A DNA stretch of 64,000 bases from positions 35,902-99,901 of the IMG/VR virus record IMGVR_UViG_3300003323_000541; one strand, written 5' to 3'. The position numbers were made by a program, and so were the translations under genes. Position 1 is the first letter of the stretch, and every line of letters starts with the position of its first letter. Below the pieces are notes generated by a model. That model searched no databases, was not told the DNA's origin, and saw only the letters and a program-made list of their open reading frames with translations. The stretch is from a virus. Below are positions 31,301 through 40,262 of the stretch, in pieces.

Positions 31301-32570
31301 AGATGATCGTGTCTTAGACTGGCTTAGAAACTATGTTTCCACCTCTACTATGTGGTTGAAGCCTGTATCAGGTACATTTAACCATTTTCTTATTATGATC
31401 TTGAATTTCAAGGAAGCGGTTAAACAATCAGCAGGTAAGGGTCTATTCAAGATTAATGATCAAGACTTGGACTTTGGTATAAAGGATTTAGCATTTGGTG
31501 AACTAAAAGCAGCTGAGGTAGGATTCTCATCATTATCGGGAAAGAAAACAAAACTTGAACTATTTGCTGAGATGTTGAATTATCTGCCTGATAATTACGA
31601 ATACTCTACAGATAAAGCTAAGTCAATTGTAGGAAAGAATAAATTAGCTAATAAATCACATCTATATTTCTTCCACAGGATAGGTGAGGATCATGGTACA
31701 TACGCAGTACTTGGAGCTCAATTAAATCATATGAAGACCAAGGACAATAATGGTAATGAAATATCCATGTGGGACGCTTATGAGATTCAAGATGATAAGT
31801 TAGTATATACTGGGGGAGTTCGTGGCTATAATCAAGCAGGAGAGGTCTTAGAGGGAATATCTCCTGAAGAAGAACTGCGAATGAAGAGAGTTTCTCAAAG
31901 GATACACGGTGGTTACCGCAGAACAGAGAAGATTGCTCTTGAAGCTAATGCTATTGGTAGAGCTACATTGCAGTTTCGTAAGTATTTACCTTCTATCCTC
32001 AATAATATGTTCCAGGGCAAGTACAACGATATATCCCTTGGTAGTTGGAAAAAGGTAGGAGAACGTGAAGATGGACAACCTATCTTTGAATGGGTGGGAC
32101 AAATAAACGAAGGTAGGATAGTGTTCTTTGGTAAATGGATTCTCACCATGATGAAGTTGAAATACGACCCCAACTATAAATGGGAGAATTTATCTGCTCA
32201 ACAAAAGCTCGCCGTACTAGATCTTTTAATAACAGGCGCATTCTTTGCAATAGCTCTATTAGGAATGGGCGCTGCACTAGATGACGATGATGAGGATACA
32301 TATAATTTCAGAAAGTGGCAAAAGCTTAGAGATGACCTCACAGCAGGCTATTATCCTTACGATCTTTTGAGAGGTGTACAAACAGGTACAGTAGCAGTTC
32401 CTAAGCTTATAACACTAAACGAAGGCTTAATGGACTACTTCTTTAATGGTGGTATATCAGGAGAAGAAACCACAGATGGATTCATCAGAGGGCAAAGGAA
32501 GATATTTAAATCGTTGCCTTTCCTATCATCATACTATGAATGGAACAGGTTCTGGAATGAGAAGAAATAA
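28347..32570 (+). CDS. Large virion cargo protein with zincin, PD-(D/E)xK nuclease-like domain and C-terminal TM helix
   Basis: MTCPNKN start, HEFLH, GTVTH..IDLL..IIDWKS, hydrophobic stretch near the C-terminus; adjacent to vRNAP. Confidence 0.7.
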   Translation: MTCPNKNTSEYKALSKKYGDILATALYFKNNEDIPTLDQAEILLSTTEFYKQERKLQYDSKRINSEEARRLADKMSSRLGVQYQMLSYEKAAAKYPWVTKGTRGFWLGESNKVYLIDDNINSETVLHEFLHPFIENIFQKNRRLFVNLKNQALKIKEEGAWINYLVEHNYRNPENRTHISNNEWKEIITTIAGRKADRLYTTEEQKKASTTLFNRVWDYIKDLLKSLSRSLGTRYNDISNDRYANLTFDDIAELINTDDKFDLSGVTMKGAPAFQFQEKLTLGDIKSQFDKLGLELAEDEKVYKDKLGNTYERLTEFTQKTFSPKFEYFVDTPEKYMTRKYFKQQNVNPESGKVKWTDGKEYTFEELSREYKIIVNTITTQGTVTHKIIEWQITGDDRIKNEIDELITEKPGEQNLIDPSLLNVIVDSIEDIFALLQLNFKQNSREIGGDEYRDKVIPEISVSSSALGIATTIDLLTEHYDGEFSIIDWKSGSNFLKDVNDPYLLKFAEDLYNSANDSRLSRAKLEVMLRAFILKENFPNIRFKKLSIAHLNKKDIVNEYEIDVPTYLHIIENFVKDNNKDLYSTLKEKGLFNPTNYNGSSIKTFEEKDLDKLYPETKDRIKWRQEQLTRLQLSYPESTQTVEQKQEISRLTEQILELQEGGNRIYYEDEASVGLFKRWLGTLYDISNPLVQKFIRYWQRNKTKAEREINDFKHEHEVKMKKVLDEYYSKFPQKKLLNKGFIGGIDYISKNRDGSGLFDFFWIYRDYFEGAGWYRVTESDDKWLTLTEAQRDYLRFYEKTLTNNWVRTMIDQSAYVNGKEVSKAKLEQLPDLLSRDFVPRLTPTMEEVFETKGVNKKEIKRMWSKSMDNFFERSYPTSEQNIGVPVKYMGSAGIISSENHSFNAYNALQVFTTNMINKRNMDDVYAMGKGIKAILGQKADDAGDSDKFKTLENWVDHFIDINVIDREKRSSIRRKPIKIGNRYLRDDRVLDWLRNYVSTSTMWLKPVSGTFNHFLIMILNFKEAVKQSAGKGLFKINDQDLDFGIKDLAFGELKAAEVGFSSLSGKKTKLELFAEMLNYLPDNYEYSTDKAKSIVGKNKLANKSHLYFFHRIGEDHGTYAVLGAQLNHMKTKDNNGNEISMWDAYEIQDDKLVYTGGVRGYNQAGEVLEGISPEEELRMKRVSQRIHGGYRRTEKIALEANAIGRATLQFRKYLPSILNNMFQGKYNDISLGSWKKVGEREDGQPIFEWVGQINEGRIVFFGKWILTMMKLKYDPNYKWENLSAQQKLAVLDLLITGAFFAIALLGMGAALDDDDEDTYNFRKWQKLRDDLTAGYYPYDLLRGVQTGTVAVPKLITLNEGLMDYFFNGGISGEETTDGFIRGQRKIFKSLPFLSSYYEWNRFWNEKK

Positions 32571-32571
32571 T

Positions 32572-32603
32572 AAAAGGGGGATTAATTTCCCCCTTTCTTT
32601 TTT
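32572..32603. terminator. Probable bidirectional intrinsic terminator at the convergence of the two modules
   Basis: AAAAGGGGGA-TTAATT-TCCCCCTTTCTTTTTT hairpin with A and T tracts. Confidence 0.7.
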
Positions 32604-32722
32604 ACTCTTATACCTATCCACCAAAGATCTATTCTAAAGAATGCTTCACCCTTATTCTTTCCTCCGCCTATTCGCAGCATTCTATTGTCTTTGTCTAATT
32701 GTAAAATTTCTGCTTTACACAT
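32582..32722 (-). CDS. Small hypothetical protein (46 aa, absent from ORF track)
   Basis: MCKAEILQLDKDNRMLRIGGGKNKGEAFFRIDLWWIGIRVKKKGGN; start overlaps the preceding stop. Confidence 0.5.
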   Translation of the reverse strand: MCKAEILQLDKDNRMLRIGGGKNKGEAFFRIDLWWIGIRVKKKGGN

Positions 32723-32957
32723 TCCATTCATTATAAGTTTCACTGTCTATCCATTCACCATAATCCCATTCCTGTTGTAGAAAATCGATAGCATCTACTA
32801 CTAGTGGAAGTTCTCCGTCATATACTATGGAAAATTCTGGTGTGATAAATCCACCTGCATCTCTGATAATAGATTCAGCTTTATTAACACCACCGTCTTC
32901 TTCTCCATTAAAAAACGCATGTCTTAAGTATTCGTTTGATGTTGACATATTAACCAA
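32715..32957 (-). CDS. Hypothetical protein
   Basis: Tightly packed ORF in minus-strand operon. Confidence 0.55.
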   Translation of the reverse strand: MVNMSTSNEYLRHAFFNGEEDGGVNKAESIIRDAGGFITPEFSIVYDGELPLVVDAIDFLQQEWDYGEWIDSETYNEWNV

Positions 32958-33168
32958 TAGTCAAATCTAATACTATATTTCCTTTATTCAATGCAGCAGC
33001 AATACCTTCTGCAACTCCTTTCGGGTCCTTGTAGAATCTTGGTACACTAGATACAACTCTAATTGAGTTCTTACCTTCCCATACTACGAGGTATTCTACC
33101 ATTATACTGCTTGATGTTTCTTTTGAATGCTTGTTCTTAAAGTCGTTTTTGTGGTATACTTTGTACAT
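32950..33168 (-). CDS. Hypothetical protein
   Basis: Tightly packed ORF in operon. Confidence 0.55.
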   Translation of the reverse strand: MYKVYHKNDFKNKHSKETSSSIMVEYLVVWEGKNSIRVVSSVPRFYKDPKGVAEGIAAALNKGNIVLDLTIG

Positions 33169-33184
33169 ATATTTATAGTTTTAT

Positions 33185-33394
33185 TTAGAACGTTTGTCGT
33201 TTATCTTTGAGAACCCCTACTTCTAATCCTGTATCAAATCCAGAATCATAATAGAATAAAGTTAAAGCATTTAGTTCTTTAAATGTTAATTCAATCACCG
33301 TATCTGCTTTTACACTAGAATCATCATTAAGATCCTTCATGAACGTTTTAGGGTTGAACTCTCTTTGTTTTTGTTGAGGTTTATTCATATACAA
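33185..33394 (-). CDS. Hypothetical protein
   Basis: Tightly packed ORF in operon. Confidence 0.5.
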   Translation of the reverse strand: MYMNKPQQKQREFNPKTFMKDLNDDSSVKADTVIELTFKELNALTLFYYDSGFDTGLEVGVLKDKRQTF

Positions 33395-34208
33395 CCAATT
33401 CTTTTAAATCTTTAATTCTCTTGAATCCTACATCGTACTTCTGATTATGCGGTGCATCAAACAGGAAGCAACAAATACCATTCCTGTTTAGATCTACGAA
33501 GTTCTCGAACCTATCATCTACAAACCATTCTACACCAGCCTGCTTTGCAATCTCAACTTTGGAATGTCCATGAGGTATACTATATACAGGTACACCGGGA
33601 AATTCATTATCATTGAGCCATTGCTCTGTCCATTCTTGAGGAATACTTCTACTGGTGATATAACAATGAGGTTCGAAAGGAAGCTCTTTAGGATTTACAA
33701 GAGGAGGTATGGACATCCAAAAATCCTTATCGTTCTTCATTTCCTCGAACTTGGTTTTGATATCCCTGTCGAAAGTCCAATATTTAGGTCTTTCCATATT
33801 GAACTTCCTGCACCAATGTCCCACCCAATCTGCTAATACTTCATCTATATCAAGACCTATCTTAGGTGTTCTAAGATACAGATGTTGTCTATCATCTCCC
33901 TCAGGATATATCTTGTAATATTCCTTTAGGAAAGCAGCATTACACAATACATGGTCTATATGATATAATCCACTTTCGGGATCAAAGTCTTCACCACGAT
34001 CAATTGCAGCAAGATGTCTCTTCAAAGAAGAAGTAACATTGGACCAAGCCATTCCTTTTCTCCAATTGTTAGGAGCGTATTTCTTAGCACCAAAAGTCAT
34101 TACATTAGCTATACCGCGTATTGCGCTTTCAGGGACAAGATCAATTCTCACTTTTCCTTCATTTAATCGCAGACCTTTACCTTTTTCTTTATTGTCAAAT
34201 ATTTCCAT
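33381..34208 (-). CDS. dATP/dGTP diphosphohydrolase (DUF5664-like) fused to HAD 5'(3')-deoxyribonucleotidase
   Basis: GK.RIDLVP..FGAKKY..NWRKG..SLKRH..DPESGL.H..H..CN, then DIDEVLAD and FVDD HAD motifs. Confidence 0.85.
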   Translation of the reverse strand: MEIFDNKEKGKGLRLNEGKVRIDLVPESAIRGIANVMTFGAKKYAPNNWRKGMAWSNVTSSLKRHLAAIDRGEDFDPESGLYHIDHVLCNAAFLKEYYKIYPEGDDRQHLYLRTPKIGLDIDEVLADWVGHWCRKFNMERPKYWTFDRDIKTKFEEMKNDKDFWMSIPPLVNPKELPFEPHCYITSRSIPQEWTEQWLNDNEFPGVPVYSIPHGHSKVEIAKQAGVEWFVDDRFENFVDLNRNGICCFLFDAPHNQKYDVGFKRIKDLKELVVYE

Positions 34209-34295
34209 TAATTATTTCTTTTTCCTTACAGAGCAGATTAAGACTACTACAGTAATTACTAATAATATCCAATAAAACATGTTTTGCATCATTTA

Positions 34296-34329
34296 AACCA
34301 AAAAGGGCAGGACCCGAAAGTCCCACCCT
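34296..34329 (-). terminator. Intrinsic terminator
   Basis: Minus strand AGGGTGGGAC-TTTCGG-GTCCTGCCCT followed by TTTTGGTTT. Confidence 0.7.
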
Positions 34330-34352
34330 CAAAACACAAACTATGAAACTAA

Positions 34353-34580
34353 TTATCGATTTACGTAGTATTTCTGACCATTGATAGTGGTTCTGCGAAC
34401 CTTACATTGATCAATAAGAGCATTCATATATCGGTGAACGGACCGTTCAGATATATTAGAGCCCTTGTTTCTAAGAGCATTTACCACATCACAATAGCGG
34501 TACTCTTTCTTTCTGCGACCTACTGTCTGACCATAAATCTTACAAAACTCATCATAGTACTTCATGTTAGTCATAAACAT
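34353..34580 (-). CDS. Small winged-HTH-like protein
   Basis: DVVNALR..NISERSVHRYMNAL..KVRR pattern. Confidence 0.5.
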   Translation of the reverse strand: MFMTNMKYYDEFCKIYGQTVGRRKKEYRYCDVVNALRNKGSNISERSVHRYMNALIDQCKVRRTTINGQKYYVNR

Positions 34581-34602
34581 TTGATTTTAAATTAAACATA
34601 TA

Positions 34603-35109
34603 TTAATCATCATTCCATTCGATATAAAGATCATCATCTTCATCGTACCCAATCCCATCATCTAAACCGTCTACTATATCTGTACGAGATGTCCAATCAC
34701 TAAGAATCAGTCCATATTCATCTTTCTTTTGAGCATTAAACACCTGTGATTCTTGATTCTCATTACCGACATAGAAAACTCTTTTGTGGATAACATTACA
34801 ATATGAAGATCTGAAATTAGGTATTTCTCCGAACAAGTTGTTGTATATTATGTTCGAGACTTCTTCTAAGGTACATGTAGGATAATAATATCTGCATATC
34901 AGAAATGTATCACCTATGCTTCTTCTTCGACCTGGTTCGGTCTGTTCACTTCCATTTGCTACATAAATAGTGGATTTTGTGTCATTGAAATCAGTGAAGA
35001 ACTTTATAATGAACTCCTTTAGGGTCTCTTTCCTTTTTTTCAAGACACCTTTTAATCTTAAAGGAGATTGTCCATTAATTATATCTGTTTGTATTTTAGT
35101 ATAGTTCAT
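34603..35109 (-). CDS. Hypothetical protein, RS.GD..YYYP family paralogue 1
   Basis: RRRSIGDTFLICRYYYP..SYCNVIHKRVF shared with 55069..55641. Confidence 0.7.
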   Translation of the reverse strand: MNYTKIQTDIINGQSPLRLKGVLKKRKETLKEFIIKFFTDFNDTKSTIYVANGSEQTEPGRRRSIGDTFLICRYYYPTCTLEEVSNIIYNNLFGEIPNFRSSYCNVIHKRVFYVGNENQESQVFNAQKKDEYGLILSDWTSRTDIVDGLDDGIGYDEDDDLYIEWNDD

Positions 35110-35142
35110 ATCTCTGTTTTCTTTCGGTTATATGATATCATA

Positions 35143-35334
35143 TTACATTCCATACTGTGTATGCTCGAAAGCGTCGATATGAGCTTCTAATCTTTCCAAG
35201 AGATAATCATCATCGTAATCTGTTATATCCTCTCCTGGTTTAAGAGCTAAAACTGTATCTACCAGTTCAGTAAAAGATAAATCTGTTCTTTTCTCCCAAA
35301 GTGTCAATAGTTTACCTAAGATTTGTTGTTTCAT
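35143..35334 (-). CDS. Hypothetical protein
   Basis: Start overlaps the upstream stop. Confidence 0.5.
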   Translation of the reverse strand: MKQQILGKLLTLWEKRTDLSFTELVDTVLALKPGEDITDYDDDYLLERLEAHIDAFEHTQYGM

Positions 35335-35966
35335 TGTGCATTATTTTTTACGTAATAATAAATGTCTCCGTTATCTTTAAAACGGTTCAAATTAAATACC
35401 TCTTCTTCAAGCTTTATAGGATTTCTTACCTGTCCGTGTGATTCTAATATAACTGAAGGATTAACTCCATACTCTTCTGCTATTGATTCATAATCATCAA
35501 TAGATGGACTAATTACCCTGTTTATCGGATATAGGGTAACAGGATCATGAGCATAGAACTTTCTGATGTTATATTTGGTATTATCCGATAGTTTTGTGAA
35601 CTTTGAATCGAAAAATGCATCTACATCATCATATAGATTTTCAGTTAAATCAAACTGCTGTATAAGGAATAATTCATCATCAAGGACATTCTTTGTAAAC
35701 ATCTGACTCATCTCCAAGGCTCCTGTTACTATAACAAAATTAGACTTGTTAGATACAGTTACTTTGGTTTTATTGTAGACATTAAACAATTTATAGTCCG
35801 TACTTACATAGGTATTAAAGAAATAATCCCCATATGTGGATGATGTGTAGCCCAAAAAGGGCAATAAGAAAATACTTGAATCAGTGCAATAATATTCATA
35901 CGTTGGTGAGTTACTGGTTTTATCAGAAGTATCCTCAAAAAGATTAAGATCTTCTAACTCACTCAT
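35331..35966 (-). CDS. Hypothetical protein
   Basis: 211-aa ORF coupled to the exonuclease gene. Confidence 0.6.
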   Translation of the reverse strand: MSELEDLNLFEDTSDKTSNSPTYEYYCTDSSIFLLPFLGYTSSTYGDYFFNTYVSTDYKLFNVYNKTKVTVSNKSNFVIVTGALEMSQMFTKNVLDDELFLIQQFDLTENLYDDVDAFFDSKFTKLSDNTKYNIRKFYAHDPVTLYPINRVISPSIDDYESIAEEYGVNPSVILESHGQVRNPIKLEEEVFNLNRFKDNGDIYYYVKNNAQ

Positions 35967-36763
35967 TATTTATTCTCCTCAATTTTTGGTTTACCAATAT
36001 AATATTCAATTGGTTTTAAATAATCAAATTTCTTAATTAAACTGGACAAACTTTCTGATATAGTCTTAAGGTCTTGGTTATGATCTATACAGGGTATATC
36101 GTCCTCTAATAGCTTAATTAGCCTATAATTCTCATAGAATTTACAGATACCGTCCTCTTCTCCATAATGCTTCATATATAAAGCAAGGACTGCTTCGGGG
36201 TAATTGTAATGGTCATATGCATTGATAATCTGTAAGAATTTTACAGCACCTTTCTTGCCTATACCTTTTACTCCGACAATGTTATCTATAGTGTCTCCTG
36301 ATATCACCTGAGTCCATAGATGAAACCTAGCATCTCTAGGATCGACAAATATGAACTCCTTCTTTACAATGTTATAGTGATAACCGGGAATCTGCAATAG
36401 ATCTTTGTCTATGGAACAAGTTACCCCATCTACAAGTCTGGCTGTTATACTTAATGCATCATCAGCTTCAATATTGTTTACTATGACAAATCCTAATTTA
36501 ATAAGTTCAGCTTTAACAAAATCATACCATGGTGGTAATTCTCTGTTCTCTCTGTTTCCCTTATAAGGTCTTGTTGTTGCAACCTTATATCTGAAATTAG
36601 TTTTATCACTTAAAAATCCTACGTAGCTATCAGATTCATTTATAGAAAGTATCTCTACTAACAATGAATATAAATCATATAGGACAGAATATTGGTCGCT
36701 ATGCTTAGAATATCCTATCCTATACAATAATATATCACCGTCTATACAACATATCTTACTCAT
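35966..36763 (-). CDS. 5'-3' exonuclease (T7 gp6/FEN-like)
   Basis: IDGD, NFR..YKGNR, EADD, SIDKDLLQIPG, GDTIDNI.GVKGIG motifs. Confidence 0.9.
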   Translation of the reverse strand: MSKICCIDGDILLYRIGYSKHSDQYSVLYDLYSLLVEILSINESDSYVGFLSDKTNFRYKVATTRPYKGNRENRELPPWYDFVKAELIKLGFVIVNNIEADDALSITARLVDGVTCSIDKDLLQIPGYHYNIVKKEFIFVDPRDARFHLWTQVISGDTIDNIVGVKGIGKKGAVKFLQIINAYDHYNYPEAVLALYMKHYGEEDGICKFYENYRLIKLLEDDIPCIDHNQDLKTISESLSSLIKKFDYLKPIEYYIGKPKIEENK

Positions 36764-37074
36764 TAAGAGACTTCTTGTCCAACGGTAATGTGCGAATTAT
36801 ATGAGGAATCAAATTCAATCTGTTTACCTGATAAATATTCAGTAAACTCTTCATCTGCCATTTCTAAAATTTCTTCAAATACATTCATATATTCTTCGGT
36901 GTACAATTTATAATTTGTCTGAGGATCTTCTTTCTCCTTTAAGGCTGTGATATGATCTCCCATCGCTATTAACAGCTTACGATGATCATTCTTAAGACAC
37001 TCTGAACAATATTTATCATCACCAAAGTATTGTTGTATTTTGTTATAAAGATCTCTGCTTAATATAAATTTCAT
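36763..37074 (-). CDS. Hypothetical protein
   Basis: ORF in replication operon. Confidence 0.55.
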   Translation of the reverse strand: MKFILSRDLYNKIQQYFGDDKYCSECLKNDHRKLLIAMGDHITALKEKEDPQTNYKLYTEEYMNVFEEILEMADEEFTEYLSGKQIEFDSSYNSHITVGQEVS

Positions 37075-37078
37075 AGTT

Positions 37079-37468
37079 CTATTGTTTTATAAGAAAAATT
37101 CTAACTCCTGCGTTTTGTTTGTCAACTTCATATCCCAGAAACAATGGAAGTATTTCATCACAGTTATCATCATCGATCCATTCGTATTTAACCATTAGGT
37201 CAAAAAGAATTTGAGCTGCATTGATATAATCAAACTTCCTTCGTGAATCTCTTATAAAGTATAGTCCAATTTTATAAGGCTTTTTACTTCCTTTAGTCAT
37301 TGAATGGAATATATCTTTATTTGCTATCCAGAGCTCTTTAGTTTCCTTGATATACCTTTGTACAGGCTTTGATGAAACTAAGAATTTACCGGTCCATTGT
37401 TTACTATTCTTCGAACTTGGTGTATTCAAAGGAATGAATATGAATTCATTATCAATCATTTCCTTCAC
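37079..37468 (-). CDS. rusA: RusA-like Holliday junction resolvase
   Basis: PSSKNS..RRKFDYIN..FDLMV..WIDDDN catalytic Asp pattern. Confidence 0.75.
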   Translation of the reverse strand: MKEMIDNEFIFIPLNTPSSKNSKQWTGKFLVSSKPVQRYIKETKELWIANKDIFHSMTKGSKKPYKIGLYFIRDSRRKFDYINAAQILFDLMVKYEWIDDDNCDEILPLFLGYEVDKQNAGVRIFLIKQ

Positions 37469-38408
37469 TAATCAAATTATTCATTAGTATACTTGCGTTT
37501 TCTTTACCAGCTATTTTACAATAATCGGTTATATCCTTTATCCCTTCGTCATTCTCAGGAATAAATATCTTAGGTAGTCCATATTTTTGCGATAACTTAT
37601 TTGCTCCTTCATATCCTGCTTTATCGTTATCATAGAACAAAATAATAATCTCAAATCGACTACTAAGAACACTAAAGATGTTTTCACCAAGAGAATTAGC
37701 TTCTCCCTGTAAACTAATTGCAGACCAACCAAGATCATGCAATAGCATAACATCCTTTAATGATTTTGTAATTAGCAGAGTCTTCCCATACCAAGGTAAT
37801 TGGTCGTATCCTTCGATTATGTCCACAGTACCATTATAAAGGAATTTAATATCCTTAGCTTTTGCAAAGGGTCTGTAGATTTTCCATCTGGTATCATCCT
37901 TGTATAGTGAATATTTATAGCCATATAGTGGATTCTTTACATAAGATTCCAACATAGACCTACCATTCAACCAAACTTCAGATAATGCATATACACCATA
38001 CTTACCTAATGTATTTAGAGAAATACCATTACTATTCCAATAAGATAAATCCCGATCATTGAAGAATCTATAAGTTACCTGTATATCCTTCTTTTGAACT
38101 GTTGATACTTTTTGATGTGTTGGTAATTTTAATAATTGAGATTGCTGTAAGTTTAAATCGCTGTTTATCTTTTTAAAAAGATCAGAATAACTTTGAGATC
38201 CAAAAAGTCGATATAGAAAGTCAAGTGCATCACCGTGTTCTCCTGTAGCCCAATCTCTCCAAAGGACCTTCCCACCATAATCTTTAAATGTTATAGTGGG
38301 AAAATTGTCCTTTCTAAATGGAGATCTGATAGGCTTCTTGATATTACCAATGTAATATCTGAGCAGTTCACCTTGTGATATTTTATCTTCTATGTCGAAT
38401 TTGTTCAC
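37452..38408 (-). CDS. dnaG: DNA primase (DnaG/TOPRIM, crAss-type)
   Basis: SPFRKD..P..W.D..GD..DF, KIYRP, ITKSLKDVM, YDNDKAG, KDITD. Confidence 0.85.
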   Translation of the reverse strand: MNKFDIEDKISQGELLRYYIGNIKKPIRSPFRKDNFPTITFKDYGGKVLWRDWATGEHGDALDFLYRLFGSQSYSDLFKKINSDLNLQQSQLLKLPTHQKVSTVQKKDIQVTYRFFNDRDLSYWNSNGISLNTLGKYGVYALSEVWLNGRSMLESYVKNPLYGYKYSLYKDDTRWKIYRPFAKAKDIKFLYNGTVDIIEGYDQLPWYGKTLLITKSLKDVMLLHDLGWSAISLQGEANSLGENIFSVLSSRFEIIILFYDNDKAGYEGANKLSQKYGLPKIFIPENDEGIKDITDYCKIAGKENASILMNNLISEGND

Positions 38409-38410
38409 AA

Positions 38411-38932
38411 TTATTCTTCAGCTGATTTAGTTTTAACAGTTACTGCTTTAAATAACAAATCCTGTTCCAACTCCGCAATGTTTTTCTCTAATTCAATTCT
38501 AAAGTAATCAACAGGATCTTTCTTTGTATAATCTTCCATTTCTTCATAATCATAATTTGAATTAGTGTTGTTCTCAATTGTAGAAGGTCCTTCAGTGATT
38601 TTAAGATCATCTAAATTTTCATCTTCATAATTGATCGACATATCATCTAAAGAGAAAATTACAGTCTTTCCTTTTTTGTTGCGAAATACTATCTCTCCTC
38701 CCAATAGATCATCGAAATCATTTTCCATTATTTTAAATACCACTTCTTCTAATTTAAAACTAGAGGAAGATATTTTAACACCTTTGGATCCAGAACCGGA
38801 AAATATTCTTTCCATTTCTCGATAAACCTTACTTTCAGCTATCGGTGGTGATTGCTCATAATGCATGTGAGGGATATCGTTAATCCCTCCAGCAACAAAC
38901 CTAGATTCATTTTCCGCTTTTTTCTTTGCCAT
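38411..38932 (-). CDS. Acidic hypothetical protein (likely start ATG 38932, not 39220)
   Basis: The longer track version overlaps 39033..39614 and crosses a terminator. Confidence 0.5.
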   Translation of the reverse strand: MAKKKAENESRFVAGGINDIPHMHYEQSPPIAESKVYREMERIFSGSGSKGVKISSSSFKLEEVVFKIMENDFDDLLGGEIVFRNKKGKTVIFSLDDMSINYEDENLDDLKITEGPSTIENNTNSNYDYEEMEDYTKKDPVDYFRIELEKNIAELEQDLLFKAVTVKTKSAEE

Positions 38933-38971
38933 ATCTATGTGATATTCGTGATAATCAGATTTATTTACAAT

Positions 38972-39005
38972 ATAATAAAAAGGAAGAAGGTGTGACCCCT
39001 CTTCC
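38972..39005 (-). terminator. Intrinsic terminator after the SSB-like gene
   Basis: Minus strand GGAAGAGGG-GTCACA-CCTTCTTCC followed by TTTTTATTAT. Confidence 0.65.
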
Positions 39006-39032
39006 TCTTCTTTTATTTCTTCTCTTACCTTA

Positions 39033-39614
39033 TTAGATAATGGGAGCTCTTGTTTCCCCAAGAGGTAAGATATTAACCGTTTGTACCGCTTTTTTGTAGT
39101 CATACGGATTATTGACATCATATTTAAGCTTCGTTTCTTCTTTTGGTATATCCATAGATTCAGCAACAGTTCCTCTTTTGTTAGGAAGAGGGATTCTTGC
39201 TTTATCCCAGTGTTTACCATTAGAGAATATTTCCTCTGCTGAGAATTTCATTCTGAATGGTTTACCAAGAACTAGCGATCTATATTTGTCAATGAACTCT
39301 TCAAGGGTATTTCCTTGAATAGATTCGAATTCCTCAGCTGTACATACAGCTAAAGCAATGTCCTGCAATTTCCACATTGTGAACATTCTTGGGCTTTTAC
39401 CAGAGCCACTAACTGTTTCAGATGCCGGTAAGCCTTCTTCTAAAAATGAATTATCATCCATAGATTCAAGCTTTACGTTTACTACAGGATTATTATTTCT
39501 TGAAGTTCCAACATTAATGTCTACCATTTGAATGTTGTCGTGAACTCCAGGAACAATATAACGTGATCCGGTTGTAGCTTTAGCATTCTGTTCGTTTGTG
39601 TCAAATTTAAACAT
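39033..39614 (-). CDS. Putative ssDNA-binding protein
   Basis: YIVPGVH N-terminus; located between the RecT-like and primase genes. Confidence 0.5.
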   Translation of the reverse strand: MFKFDTNEQNAKATTGSRYIVPGVHDNIQMVDINVGTSRNNNPVVNVKLESMDDNSFLEEGLPASETVSGSGKSPRMFTMWKLQDIALAVCTAEEFESIQGNTLEEFIDKYRSLVLGKPFRMKFSAEEIFSNGKHWDKARIPLPNKRGTVAESMDIPKEETKLKYDVNNPYDYKKAVQTVNILPLGETRAPII

Positions 39615-39635
39615 ATAAAGAACGGTTTTAAATTA

Positions 39636-40250
39636 TTAATCTAATATAGTCAAATTACCCTCAGCATCGAGGTTATATTTAACATTGTGTACATCAGCCA
39701 TTTCATCTGTGGTGTACATTCCTCCTGTTAAGTCAGGAGCGACTCTATCAAGACCTCTTCCAACGCATCTCCACCAGGCCATGATATTTGGCTGTTTCTG
39801 CCAATTATCCTTTCCCAAATACTGCATCTGTCTTGCTTCCTGATACGTAAATGAACAGTCCTCCTCAATTACTTGAGAACCGAACTTTCTAAAAAATCGA
39901 ATAGTAGTTCGTTTGTCAATAACTTCGTCTTTTTCGTTTTTTATATCTACCCAATCTTCAATGGTTTTGATCATTAAATGACCAGTTCTCAGGGCTAGTT
40001 GTAGTTTTGCTTTAGGCTTAATAGTTGCTCGGCCCATAATTACATCAATCATATCAAAGGATTGAAGGTCCTTAAAGCCAAGCTCTTTACCTTTTTGTAT
40101 GATAACACAAGCCTGTTGTGGAGTCTTTACCTGCGAGGGTAATAATCCCGATACAATAAGGACTTGTGCATCATCAAGCATCTTCTGTGTGAAATTCATA
40201 TTCATCACATCACTATCACCAACCAACTGTAACTCTTTTTCTTTATCCAT
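39636..40250 (-). CDS. RecT/Erf-like ssDNA annealing protein
   Basis: SGLLP..G.ELG..I.VI.G..FT..EA..DNW.K.P..M..R..PD..G.YTTDEM. Confidence 0.75.
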   Translation of the reverse strand: MDKEKELQLVGDSDVMNMNFTQKMLDDAQVLIVSGLLPSQVKTPQQACVIIQKGKELGFKDLQSFDMIDVIMGRATIKPKAKLQLALRTGHLMIKTIEDWVDIKNEKDEVIDKRTTIRFFRKFGSQVIEEDCSFTYQEARQMQYLGKDNWQKQPNIMAWWRCVGRGLDRVAPDLTGGMYTTDEMADVHNVKYNLDAEGNLTILD

Positions 40251-40262
40251 TAAAAATTAAAG

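Noticed and set aside
228-32173. Short antisense or alternate-frame ORFs nested in the large + strand genes (e.g. 6323..6775, 17980..18408, 22192..22653, 29252..29632)
   Set aside because: Shadow ORFs of long coding regions with no motifs or independent expression signals
38933-39220. N-terminal extension of ORF 38411..39220
   Set aside because: Overlaps the SSB-like gene by ~190 nt and crosses an intrinsic terminator; ATG 38932 is more plausible
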